A stretch of 64,000 nt of DNA from contig CAZXLF010000007.1 in the NCBI GenBank assembly GCA_964642015.1, positions 11,964 through 75,963 on the forward strand. The letters are read 5' to 3'. The first letter of the stretch is position 1; every line of letters begins with the position of its first letter. The stretch comes from an uncultured Planctomycetia bacterium. Its GTDB lineage: Bacteria; Omnitrophota; Gorgyraeia; 2-02-FULL-51-18. The position numbers and the translations under genes are program-made. Below, in pieces: positions 49,319 through 58,865 of this stretch. Under the pieces are notes generated by a model that was not told where the DNA came from, ran no database searches, and worked only from the letters and a program-made list of their open reading frames with translations.

Positions 49319-50604
49319 AAAAAATAAAGATCCTTTGGAATAAAGCTTTTCTGGAAGAGCGTCCGTCGATCAGTCTTTCATTATTCAGACCGTTCGTGGC
49401 TTTCACGGTGGGTGCGCATGTTATTCCCACGCTTCTGCATATGCAGGACAATTATCTTGCCGGAAGTTTCCGAGAGAAAAACCCCTCTTTTTTTACAATC
49501 GGCGCGCTCGTCCTTGTCGATAAAAGTCCTGATTGGCTAGTATATTTCTTCACGGTCCTTTTCTATGTGTCTCTTTCTTTCTTTTTCGTGGGATTTTTTT
49601 CTCAAATTTCGTGTATCCTTCTGATGCTGTGCCTTTACTTTTTTTATGCGCTGAATTCGCTTCACATCGGCACATTATCATTCGATATCTTGCTCGTGAC
49701 CATGTTTCTCATGTGCATTACCGATTATCCCGGAGATCATTTTTCAGTCGATGCATTGCTAAGCGCAGGTTCTTTAACCTACAAAAAGAAAAAGCCTTTT
49801 TTTGTACAGCGGCTTTTGCAACTCCAAATTGCATCTACTTATTTTTTCACAGCGCTCTGTAAATTCACCGCCAGAGGCAATTGGCTCCTAGATAACCCAA
49901 TCTACTATCTTTTGAACTCACCGCCCGACAGCGTCGTGAAACACTTCCCTCTGCGCGAATTTTTCGCGGGGCAGCCGACCTTATGCTATTTCATTGGAAT
50001 CTCGATAATCTTGTCTGAAATCTCGATGCCGTTCCTGCTTTTCGCTAAACGTACGAGAATATTTGGAATCATCATGGGATTCTTTTTTCACATCATGCTG
50101 ATCATCACGCTCCATGTGCCGACGATATTCTTTTTCCTTTTTCCTCCGCAGCTTCTTTTATTCATCGAACCTGAAAAGATCGTTGCTTTCATTGATAAAA
50201 AAAGAGAGCGGAACATATCGGAAAAGCAAGATACCGTGATCTTTGATGGTCACTGCCAATTCTGCGTGGGCAGTGTTCAAAAATTACAGTCGCTGGATCT
50301 TTTCGGAAAAACAAAGCTATTAGATTACCAGACTTATGAAGATATTTCTTCCTTTGATAATCGGCTCACGAAGGAAAAATGCCACAGTCAAATGCAGGTT
50401 GTGACGGCCGACGGCAGGCTTTTCGGAGGGTTTTATGCGTTCAGATATTTATCGCTAAGGCTTGTGCTTCTTTGGATACTAGTGCCTTTGTTCTATTCTC
50501 CCGGCTTCCAGTGGATCGGGAACACGGCTTATGATTTTATCGCCAAAAACCGTTATCTTTTTCACCGAAAAGGATCCTGCAATAACAACCACTGCTTCAG
50601 ATAA
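49312..50604 (+). CDS. HTTM-domain membrane protein fused to DCC1/DUF393 thioredoxin-like domain
   Basis: SLSLFR, FSVDA, QLQIA..YF.TA..K...W, FHI (HTTM); VIFDGHCQFC...YDFIAKNRY (DCC1). Confidence 0.8.
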   Translation: MLEKIKILWNKAFLEERPSISLSLFRPFVAFTVGAHVIPTLLHMQDNYLAGSFREKNPSFFTIGALVLVDKSPDWLVYFFTVLFYVSLSFFFVGFFSQISCILLMLCLYFFYALNSLHIGTLSFDILLVTMFLMCITDYPGDHFSVDALLSAGSLTYKKKKPFFVQRLLQLQIASTYFFTALCKFTARGNWLLDNPIYYLLNSPPDSVVKHFPLREFFAGQPTLCYFIGISIILSEISMPFLLFAKRTRIFGIIMGFFFHIMLIITLHVPTIFFFLFPPQLLLFIEPEKIVAFIDKKRERNISEKQDTVIFDGHCQFCVGSVQKLQSLDLFGKTKLLDYQTYEDISSFDNRLTKEKCHSQMQVVTADGRLFGGFYAFRYLSLRLVLLWILVPLFYSPGFQWIGNTAYDFIAKNRYLFHRKGSCNNNHCFR

Positions 50605-50610
50605 ACTAAT

Positions 50611-51786
50611 TTACCTTTTATCTGAGGTTGAGAGTAAAACACCGGCAAGCTGCTCGCTTTTTTCTAAGCTTCCATAATGCAGGACAACGCAAGAGCGAGG
50701 ATCGGAATCTTCACAGATCTTGAATTGATCTTGAAAGATCTCCGGTGAACGCGACAACGCGTAAGCTCCGACTGCGATATTCACCTTTTTCAGATCCCCC
50801 GTCTTGATCTTGGCGTTCTCTATGTACTTTTCAAAATCCGGAACATTTTTGGCATAACACATCAGCGTCACAAAATCCACGAGCCCTTTCTCAAGCCAGA
50901 ATTTCCAATCCTGAAAAGCCTCAAGAGACGCGCGTGAATACGGCATAAGTCCTGTCGTGGAAATCTGAACATCCGGCTGGATCGTGTGGATCTTTTTAGT
51001 CAGCGCCCGTAAAAGACCTGTGACCTGTTCATATTTCCACCTTTTCCATTCGGGACTATTTTCCTTGATGGTTCTTCGGCCGGTCGCTTGTTTAAAACGT
51101 TCCATGTTGATCTTGGTATATCCGTAAGCCGGATGCATGTCAGGATAGCGGATATAATCGAACTGCATCCCATCGAGATTTGGATAGGTTTGAACGATCT
51201 CCGCGACAATATTGGAAAGCTCCTCTCTAACACGCGGGTCTCCGGGCTCAAGGAAATACTGGTCATCGATCTTATAGTCCTTGAGAGATCTTTTTTTCTT
51301 CGTGTTCCTTGTAAGGATCTCAGGCCCGTATTTTTTTAATATCGGGGCGTTCGCATTGGCGCTCAGACTTAGCAGGTTCAGCCAAGCATGCACTTCAATG
51401 CCGGAAGCGTGGGCTTTTTTGATCAGCAGACGAAACGGGTCTTCTGAAATATCGTTAAAACATTCTTCATAAGGGCTCGGATCCGCGAATTTAGAAGGGA
51501 ACCACGCTTTGTTGGCGCGATACACCTGCACGAATAGCGTATCCACATGACTTTTTTTCGAGAAATCGATCAGGCGGTCCATTTCTTCGCGGCTTGAAAA
51601 AATGACCGGATCTTGGACTACGGAAACAAAAAGCGCTCGGCGAGAACGCACTTCAGGCTGAGCGAAAGCGGGCAAAACAAATATGAGAGAAAAAAAACAG
51701 ACAGAAGTAATAAAACAAATTAAAAATTTCGAAGAGCCGGAATTTTTCTTACGTTTAAGATCGGTTTGTCTTAAACAAATTCCCAC
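50611..51786 (-). CDS. GHL10 (YddW/DigH-like) glycoside hydrolase
   Basis: LFVQV, DPF..LIKKAH..GIEVHAW, LEPG.P.V, DGMQFDYIRYP, QDW. Confidence 0.82.
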   Translation of the reverse strand: MGICLRQTDLKRKKNSGSSKFLICFITSVCFFSLIFVLPAFAQPEVRSRRALFVSVVQDPVIFSSREEMDRLIDFSKKSHVDTLFVQVYRANKAWFPSKFADPSPYEECFNDISEDPFRLLIKKAHASGIEVHAWLNLLSLSANANAPILKKYGPEILTRNTKKKRSLKDYKIDDQYFLEPGDPRVREELSNIVAEIVQTYPNLDGMQFDYIRYPDMHPAYGYTKINMERFKQATGRRTIKENSPEWKRWKYEQVTGLLRALTKKIHTIQPDVQISTTGLMPYSRASLEAFQDWKFWLEKGLVDFVTLMCYAKNVPDFEKYIENAKIKTGDLKKVNIAVGAYALSRSPEIFQDQFKICEDSDPRSCVVLHYGSLEKSEQLAGVLLSTSDKR

Positions 51787-51792
51787 GTCGGA

Positions 51793-54564
51793 TCAGCCCG
51801 TACTTTTCATTCCAAAAGCGATACCGTTAACGGTCAAAAGCAGGATCTCACGAATAAGTCTTTGATCAGCTTCTTTTTCAGAAACAAAACTATCTTTCCT
51901 GACTTCATCCAGAAATCTAAGCTGAATATAATTAAGAGGATCGACGTAAGGGTTCCTGACCCGGATGGATTCCTTCAGGACAGGATTAAAATCAATCAAT
52001 TCTTTATGCGAAGAGATCTTAAGCACTTGATCCAACGTGCGTTCATACTCCATCGAAATTTGCCCATGGATCCTATCACGCAGCTGTTGATCTTTGACCA
52101 AGTTTCCATATTGCGCAGCAATGTAGAGATCTGTCTTGGCCAGTGAGATCTGCGCATTATTGATCACCGAACGGAAAAATGGCCATTCGTTGTACATTTC
52201 CTGAAGTTCGGCGAGCGCAGAATCGCCTCTTTCCTTAAGATAATTCTCCAATGCGTAACCGATACCATACCATGCGGAGATAATGTACCTGGATTGTATC
52301 CAACTAAAAACCCACGGGATCGCCCGTAAATCCTCAAATGCTTTTTTTTCACCTCGTCGCGCAGGCCGTGAACCGATCCGAGCGAACTCAAGGACCTGGA
52401 TTGGCGTGGCTTGATTGTAAAAATCAAGAAAGCCCTCTGTCCGAAATATAAGTTTTCGGTAAAAATCGAACGAATAACCCGAAATGAGTTCCATTTGTGT
52501 TTCCCAAACAGGGATCTTCGAATTTTTTTGCACTTCCTGTTTACTGACGAGATTTGTCCAAAGCACCGCCGAGATCAACTGTTCCAGATTCCGCTCAGCG
52601 ATCACGGCATTGGAATATTTTTGAGCGACCACTTCACCTTGTTCGGTGACTTTGATATAACCATTTGCGGCAGCGAAAGGTTGAGCCAAAATAGCCTTAT
52701 GTGATTCCCCGCCTCCGCGGTCGATCGTCCCACCTTTGCCGTGAAATATTTGAAGTTTAATCTTGTGCTTTTCGGCTACCTCAACAAGTTTTTTCTCAGC
52801 GGAATATAATTTCCAATTCGCCGCCAAATAGCCACCGTCCTTGCTGCTATCAGAATAACCAAGCATCACTTGCTGGCAATGATCTCTGCCGGCAAGATAA
52901 GAACGGTAAACAGGTATCGAAAAAAGATGATCTATCACCTGATGACACTTTTCAAGCGCATCGATCGATTCGAAAAGAGGCACGATACCGATATGGGCGT
53001 CTTTTACTTTTGATTTTTCGATGCGTATCAGTCCCGTTGTTTTTGCCAAATAAAAAAGTGAAAGCACATCGTTTGGGCCTTCGGTCATGCTGATGATGTA
53101 ATCATCTACAATATGTTCATCTTCATATTCATGAAGGTCATACATCGTCGAAAGCTGATCCAAAATGTCCTTGGATTCCGGCGATAGATTGGAACGCCGA
53201 ACACGCTTGGATTTTTTTAAAATCTTTCCTACGATCGATTGTTCATCCAGATCTTCTCCTGGGAAAATTTCCGATATGGTCTTACGAATCTTTTTGCTGT
53301 GGTCACGAAAATCCAGTTTTGCCAAATAAAAACCAAATGTGCGTATCTGCCTGATCAGATGGTCTAAATTGCTCGCGGTTGAAAAATAGCCTTTATGCGC
53401 TTCAAGACTATGCTTTATCAGCAAAATTTCTTTCAAAAAATCCTCTTCAGAGGAATAACGCGGTTTTTTCCTTAAAAAAGTATTTTCAAGTTTCTGATAG
53501 ATAAAAGAAAATTTTTTCCGATAAACTTCGCCGGGTTCGAATCTCTCCAATTTCTTGGCTAGAAGACGCATTTGTTTTGCATCGCGCTCAAGGGAACTCA
53601 AAAGCTCAGGGCTGACTTTGACAAGAAGGACAGATTGGCTGAAAGTAAGCATCAGTTTTTCAACCGCCGCCTGATAAATCTTAAAAATAAGACGCCTTTG
53701 TGTTAAAGCAGTCTGGCGCGTCACCTTGCAGGTCACGCTTGGATTTCCATCCCTGTCCGCCCCTACCCAAGACCCGAAGCGGACAAATGGCATTATCTTT
53801 TCGTGGTCAGAACCATAAAATCTGCCGTATTCATCCAGCGCCTTCTTATGAAGTGTGGGAATAAGATCTAAAATGGTCCTTTGAAAATAAAAAAGTGTCT
53901 GGTCCACTTCATCGATAACCTCCACTTTCCTTTGACGGATCTCAGTAGTCTGCCAAAGAATTTCAAGAGTTCCCTTGATATTCCTAGTCAAAGCTTCGCT
54001 TTCCGAGACGGTGATGTCCGATTGATCATGCTGTGCCAAATTCGATCCAATGGTCAAGAGATGATCCAATACCGTTCGGCGCTTGGTTTCTGTCGGATGC
54101 GCGGTCAGAACCAGATTAATCTCCGATTGAGACATCAGCTTCAATATTCTGTCGCCGGATACTCCCTTTTCATGCAGGTCATGGAACAGTTTTCTCAAAG
54201 ACATGTCCTGAAAAAGAGAAGTGTCTTTTTCATACTGGCGGATCCGTCTGACGCGTTGTCTTTCTTCCGCAATATTGACGAGCTGAAAGTAGATCGTGAA
54301 AGCCCTGGCAATTTTGTAGGCCTCTTCGGTTTCCAGAGAATGGATGATCTTTTGGACTTCCGCGATGAGTTCCGATTTAGAATTTTCTCTGATTTCCTTG
54401 GCAATCTTCCGTATCTTTTCTACTTTCAGAAAAAGCGCTTCGCCCTCCTGCTCACGGATCACATCTCCCAGTAGAGTCGTAAGAAATCGGACATCCTTTT
54501 TTAGATCCGAAAAAGTGTTTTCTTTTTGAGTTTTTTCCTTCATGACAAGCTCACTTGATTTCAC
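51793..54564 (-). CDS. ppc: Phosphoenolpyruvate carboxylase
   Basis: VLTAHPTE, GSWVGADRDGNP, VMLGYSDSSKDGG, LRAIPWVF, GMKSTG. Confidence 0.96.
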   Translation of the reverse strand: MKSSELVMKEKTQKENTFSDLKKDVRFLTTLLGDVIREQEGEALFLKVEKIRKIAKEIRENSKSELIAEVQKIIHSLETEEAYKIARAFTIYFQLVNIAEERQRVRRIRQYEKDTSLFQDMSLRKLFHDLHEKGVSGDRILKLMSQSEINLVLTAHPTETKRRTVLDHLLTIGSNLAQHDQSDITVSESEALTRNIKGTLEILWQTTEIRQRKVEVIDEVDQTLFYFQRTILDLIPTLHKKALDEYGRFYGSDHEKIMPFVRFGSWVGADRDGNPSVTCKVTRQTALTQRRLIFKIYQAAVEKLMLTFSQSVLLVKVSPELLSSLERDAKQMRLLAKKLERFEPGEVYRKKFSFIYQKLENTFLRKKPRYSSEEDFLKEILLIKHSLEAHKGYFSTASNLDHLIRQIRTFGFYLAKLDFRDHSKKIRKTISEIFPGEDLDEQSIVGKILKKSKRVRRSNLSPESKDILDQLSTMYDLHEYEDEHIVDDYIISMTEGPNDVLSLFYLAKTTGLIRIEKSKVKDAHIGIVPLFESIDALEKCHQVIDHLFSIPVYRSYLAGRDHCQQVMLGYSDSSKDGGYLAANWKLYSAEKKLVEVAEKHKIKLQIFHGKGGTIDRGGGESHKAILAQPFAAANGYIKVTEQGEVVAQKYSNAVIAERNLEQLISAVLWTNLVSKQEVQKNSKIPVWETQMELISGYSFDFYRKLIFRTEGFLDFYNQATPIQVLEFARIGSRPARRGEKKAFEDLRAIPWVFSWIQSRYIISAWYGIGYALENYLKERGDSALAELQEMYNEWPFFRSVINNAQISLAKTDLYIAAQYGNLVKDQQLRDRIHGQISMEYERTLDQVLKISSHKELIDFNPVLKESIRVRNPYVDPLNYIQLRFLDEVRKDSFVSEKEADQRLIREILLLTVNGIAFGMKSTG

Positions 54565-54606
54565 GTCATCCTCAAGGATTACATGTATCGTATATTTATT
54601 GGCACA

Positions 54607-54635
54607 ACAATAGCATTGTTAATCTAAAATGCCAA
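54607..54635 (-). promoter_or_regulatory. Putative sigma70 promoter of ppc
   Basis: TTGGCA-17 nt-TATTGT with extended TG, within an inverted repeat. Confidence 0.5.
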
Positions 54636-54658
54636 ATAAATACCGATATAGACAGTTA

Positions 54659-55771
54659 CTAGCGGCGGGCTTCGAAAATTCGGTTGAAAGGTGTTTGTGT
54701 CGCGCGGCGAAAATGTCTGAAGCCTCCCGCCAACACGACCTTTTTGATCACCTCTTCGGTCGCTACAGCACCGAGTGCCGGACCGTTTTGAGCCATAGAA
54801 TTCGAGGTGCAGCAGAGTGTCGAGGCTGCCGAAAAAGTCCGGCCTATCGGATTAAAATTTTCCTCTACTGTATTTCCCGCCATCGGCTCGACGATCAACA
54901 CACTGCCATCTTTTGCCAAGGTCTTGCAGGCGCGTTTGGCAGCGCTTAGCGGATCACCCATGTCGTGTAAACAATCAAAAAACGCGATCATGTCATATTG
55001 ATTATCAGGAAAATTTTTTGCGTCAGCCGCTTTAAATGTGACGCGGTTCGCTACCCCAGCCTTGGCTGCTGAGCGGCGCGCATGCTGAATGGAAGCATCA
55101 TGGTTATCGAATCCAAAAAAATGCGATTTGGGATACGCTTTCGCCATCAGTATCGTCGAAGCGCCGTGACCGCATCCAATATCAGCAACTTTTGCTCCTT
55201 TTTTTAATTTGTCTTCGATCCCGCTAAGCGCAGGGATCCATTCTTTAACCAAATGAGTCGCATACCCGGGGCGAAAGAATCTCTCGGTGCCTATAAAAAG
55301 ATCTGGATCATGCTCACCCCAAAGAATACCGCCGCCTTTTTGAAAATGAGACGCAATACGTTCTTGGGCACGAAGCATCGCTTTGATCACATAAAAACCG
55401 CCGGCAACATAAAACGGACTATTTTCATCGGTCAACGCAACCGCTTGTTCATCAGGAAGACGGTATTTGCCAATTTGAGCATCATACTCGACATAACCGC
55501 TTGCGGCCTGATTGATCAGCCACTCCCGTACATAACGTTCCACTGTTTTGGTGCGTTTTGCCAACTCCGCAGGAGTGAGAAATCCCGCACCGGCCATAGC
55601 TTTGTACAAACCCTGCTTAATCCCTATATACACAAGGCCCGAGCTTAAAGCCGCTCCAAAATCCCCTATGACTTTTCCCAAAAAGGCGTGTAATTTTTCT
55701 TGATTTACCGATTGAGCGGAGTTTGCGCGGATTTTTTTGTTCGTTTTAGGCGCTGCAACGACTGTAGCCAT
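54659..55771 (-). CDS. Class I SAM methyltransferase with N-terminal winged helix (Rv2258c-like)
   Basis: ERYVREWL, VADIGCGHG, FDCLHDM, STLCC..NS. Confidence 0.85.
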   Translation of the reverse strand: MATVVAAPKTNKKIRANSAQSVNQEKLHAFLGKVIGDFGAALSSGLVYIGIKQGLYKAMAGAGFLTPAELAKRTKTVERYVREWLINQAASGYVEYDAQIGKYRLPDEQAVALTDENSPFYVAGGFYVIKAMLRAQERIASHFQKGGGILWGEHDPDLFIGTERFFRPGYATHLVKEWIPALSGIEDKLKKGAKVADIGCGHGASTILMAKAYPKSHFFGFDNHDASIQHARRSAAKAGVANRVTFKAADAKNFPDNQYDMIAFFDCLHDMGDPLSAAKRACKTLAKDGSVLIVEPMAGNTVEENFNPIGRTFSAASTLCCTSNSMAQNGPALGAVATEEVIKKVVLAGGFRHFRRATQTPFNRIFEARR

Positions 55772-56991
55772 GGAAATCTCCTCGTTTGATCGCTTTGATC
55801 TTGCATTTGTTTTTTGGCCATTTGACTTAAAAAAGGATCGTGTTTTTGTGGTTCGATAAAATCACATATATATTTCGAGAAACGGTTTATGAATTTATTG
55901 CGAAATTTAACATAAATACTTAATGGGACAAACTCGAAACCGAGTCTTTTCTTCGGATCATAATTCGTGCAGCCCATTTCATATGTCTTCATACCGTTGT
56001 CAAGACACCATTTCATCATATCTCTAAACCGTACAAAGTAAAGATGATAATTATAAGCGACCGCGTAATCTAACCCCAGGTAATAATCTAAAAAATGATC
56101 GCCTGAGATCAGGCAAAAAGCGAACGCAACGAGTTTTTGATCTATTCTCCACAAGAAAAATTTGGTCTCCGAAGGCATGTTTTCAGAGATCTTCGAGAAA
56201 AATTCCTTGGACATGACCTCAAATCCCATCTCGTGCCTTGAGATCATTTGACAATAAAGATCATAAGCTTCATCAAGTACGCCGTTCAAATGATCGCGCA
56301 CTTCAAGCTTAATAGGCACTCGCCCATCTACTTTCTTGAATTTCCTTTTCAGATCATAACGGGTCGGGTAACTCAATGACATCAGATATTCGTCAAAGTC
56401 CTTAAAACCAAGCGCTCTCATGGTATTCGGCAGGCTTTCAAACCGGTAATACCCATTGGTTTCAAGATCATGCAGTGCATCCGCATATTCTTTTCCGAAT
56501 TCTTTATACGCAACGATAAAAGTTTTCTCTTTTTCGGCGATGTTTTCAACGCATTTCCGAATGGCTTTCATTACCTTATCCGTGTCACCGGAAAAACCGA
56601 TTCTTCCCTGTCCGGTAGGCTGACCGCACATGAGAACCTTAAGATTCAAAAGCTTTGGAAACTTATTTTTTACGGCAACAAAAGCTGACTTCAAAAACCC
56701 CCGAAGAGTCGTATCGACCGGATATTCCATCAAAAAGCATGTCGCCGCGCCGGCCGGAATCCCCTCTTGATAAACCATGATGTAATAAAATGAAAATTGT
56801 TCAAGGTTTGATTCATCCAATGATTTGAAAAAACGGTAACCTTCCAACACATTAGGGTAAACGGCATTCCAATGCGCCGGATCGATATCTTCTATTTTCC
56901 TAAAAACTTTAGTAATGAAGCCGGATGAAGGACTTTGCGTTTCCAAAGGATCTGCATTGATTCTATTGATTGTACTTTCTAAGATAGGCAA
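55705..56991 (-). CDS. Tandem GNAT-fold (FemAB/DUF482-like) acyltransferase
   Basis: FDEYL.SL....R.DLKRK, LVAFAFC, YYLGLDY, YDPKKRLG. Confidence 0.7.
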   Translation of the reverse strand: MPILESTINRINADPLETQSPSSGFITKVFRKIEDIDPAHWNAVYPNVLEGYRFFKSLDESNLEQFSFYYIMVYQEGIPAGAATCFLMEYPVDTTLRGFLKSAFVAVKNKFPKLLNLKVLMCGQPTGQGRIGFSGDTDKVMKAIRKCVENIAEKEKTFIVAYKEFGKEYADALHDLETNGYYRFESLPNTMRALGFKDFDEYLMSLSYPTRYDLKRKFKKVDGRVPIKLEVRDHLNGVLDEAYDLYCQMISRHEMGFEVMSKEFFSKISENMPSETKFFLWRIDQKLVAFAFCLISGDHFLDYYLGLDYAVAYNYHLYFVRFRDMMKWCLDNGMKTYEMGCTNYDPKKRLGFEFVPLSIYVKFRNKFINRFSKYICDFIEPQKHDPFLSQMAKKQMQDQSDQTRRFPWLQSLQRLKRTKKSAQTPLNR

Positions 56992-57938
56992 GAATAACCT
57001 CTAGATACAGAATTTTCCGACTCAATGGACGCAGGAATGTGCTTCGAAAATAGTGCGGGGCCGTTTCGCCCAAGCTTTCCAAAAAACTCATTCATTTTTC
57101 TCGCCACTTTCGTTCTTTCCTGGTCGGCAGTAATAATGTGGTACGAATTTTCCAGAAGGACTATTTCTTTCGACAAAGATGAAACCCTGTCATAAATGAA
57201 CCGGGCATTTTTGATGCTGGTCATATCATCATCTTTGGCTTGAATGATCTGTACGGGGACTTGGACCAAATCCAATTTTGCGGTCAAATGCTTGACCAAA
57301 AACCGCAGCTCACAAAGCAGAGTTACCGGGAAATAAGCATATCCGAATTGAGAAACCGATCCCATGTCATGCAACGAAGCATTGCTGAAATATTTATGGA
57401 CGCGCTCCCTGACCGCTTCATTCTTTATCCCATAAGGAGATTCTTCCTTGAAATAGAAAAAATGTTTAAGCGGGGTGAAATAAGCCAGCGGTAAAAGGTG
57501 CCTTGACCATGGCGTATTCCATCCATCATAAAAGAGCGTCGGTGAAAGACAACTCACAGCAGCGATCTGATCCTGAAATTCCTCCGCAAGAAGCAAAGCT
57601 AAAAGCGCTCCCATTGAAAGGCCCGCGACAAAAACCATGTCGTTTGGACTGGATTTCTTGACTCTCAAAAAATCCTGCCTGACCGATTCATAACATTCTT
57701 GCCATCTAGTTTTCTTGAGTATATGCAGCGGCTTTCCGTGATTGGCTAATCGGGGACAAGAAACGTTGTAACCTTTCTTGTGGAAAAATCCGGCTAAATA
57801 TTTCATTTCATTCGGAGTGCCGGTGAGACCATGGATCAAAATAATACTGGCGCCTTTACAGCCATTCAGATAAAGACCATTCTCCGAGGAAGGATTAAAA
57901 ATGGATTTTTTTATCGAAAGAGCGAATTTAACGGACAT
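56979..57938 (-). CDS. Carboxylesterase (alpha/beta hydrolase)
   Basis: LIHGLTGTP.EM, GLSMG, DD, SYHIIT.D. Confidence 0.85.
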   Translation of the reverse strand: MSVKFALSIKKSIFNPSSENGLYLNGCKGASIILIHGLTGTPNEMKYLAGFFHKKGYNVSCPRLANHGKPLHILKKTRWQECYESVRQDFLRVKKSSPNDMVFVAGLSMGALLALLLAEEFQDQIAAVSCLSPTLFYDGWNTPWSRHLLPLAYFTPLKHFFYFKEESPYGIKNEAVRERVHKYFSNASLHDMGSVSQFGYAYFPVTLLCELRFLVKHLTAKLDLVQVPVQIIQAKDDDMTSIKNARFIYDRVSSLSKEIVLLENSYHIITADQERTKVARKMNEFFGKLGRNGPALFSKHIPASIESENSVSRGYSCLS

Positions 57939-57944
57939 GGCTGA

Positions 57945-58793
57945 TCAAAAAGTGTGTGTGACTTGCGCGCCGACCATATCTCCATCCGCGATCACGGAAA
58001 CCTGGTACCGCTTGTCATGATTGAAATGTACGATCTCTCTCCCAACAAATGTTCCGATCAGGGCCCCCGCCAGCACATCCGAAGCCCAGTGGGCTTGTCT
58101 CTCCATGCGAGCATAGCCTACCATGGACGCAACACCATAGGAACCTATTTTGATAAGAGGTGAATCATAGTGTTCGGCGATGACCGAAGCGACCGCAAAA
58201 GCCTGTGTTGTGTGACCTGAAGGGAAAGAGCCATTGTTGCTGAACGGAGAAAATTTATGCGGATTCGAATCCTGGCTTGGGCGCTTCCTCCCAACGATCA
58301 ATTTCAATGAAGGAGTAATTATCCCGGCTGCCACAGCGCTCGAAGCAAGTCCATCCTGAGCAATGGCACGGTCGTTATCATCTTTAAAAATAAGACCGCC
58401 GGCCTCAAAAGCGCCTAAAACAGCGAAAGAATACTCAGAGCCAAAAGGCTGAATATCTTTTGAAAAATCATCATTGGTCTTGGTCCTGTGTTTTTTAAAT
58501 TCTTTCTCTATAGGTTTATCGGCCCAAGCACCCACAGCGACCACCGTGCCGGATTCCACACCGGCTAAAATCCAATCTTTTTGGTCCCATCTGGCGGGAG
58601 AACTTAAAATATGCCATGAGTCGTCCAAAAGTAATTTTCCATACTCTGGCGAAATAAGATTTTCGACTTTAGATCCGCCTTCGGATGTTTTGGAGGCAGA
58701 GGGTGCTGCGGAATCGGCGTGAACTACTAATGACGCCAGGCAAAAATTGAAAAGAAACAGAAGTGTTACGGACTTTTTTAAATTGACTGTCAT
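57945..58793 (-). CDS. PAP2 family phosphatase
   Basis: K-x6-RP, SFPSGH, AR-x5-HWASDV; signal peptide. Confidence 0.88.
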   Translation of the reverse strand: MTVNLKKSVTLLFLFNFCLASLVVHADSAAPSASKTSEGGSKVENLISPEYGKLLLDDSWHILSSPARWDQKDWILAGVESGTVVAVGAWADKPIEKEFKKHRTKTNDDFSKDIQPFGSEYSFAVLGAFEAGGLIFKDDNDRAIAQDGLASSAVAAGIITPSLKLIVGRKRPSQDSNPHKFSPFSNNGSFPSGHTTQAFAVASVIAEHYDSPLIKIGSYGVASMVGYARMERQAHWASDVLAGALIGTFVGREIVHFNHDKRYQVSVIADGDMVGAQVTHTF

Positions 58794-58838
58794 GGGAAAA
58801 TAGTAGCAAAAACCACATGACAGAAACCTTACCGGATA

Positions 58839-58854
58839 ATTACATTTTTGTTAT
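58839..58854. promoter_or_regulatory. CusR/CopR-box-like palindrome upstream of PAP2 gene
   Basis: ATTACA-TTTT-TGTTAT; extra half-site ATGACA at 58817; extended -10 TGcTACTAT at 58808-58800. Confidence 0.6.
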
Positions 58855-58865
58855 CTGCGAAAATA

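Noticed and set aside
53881-54474. 197-aa plus-strand ORF
   Set aside because: Entirely antisense to ppc, non-protein-like composition
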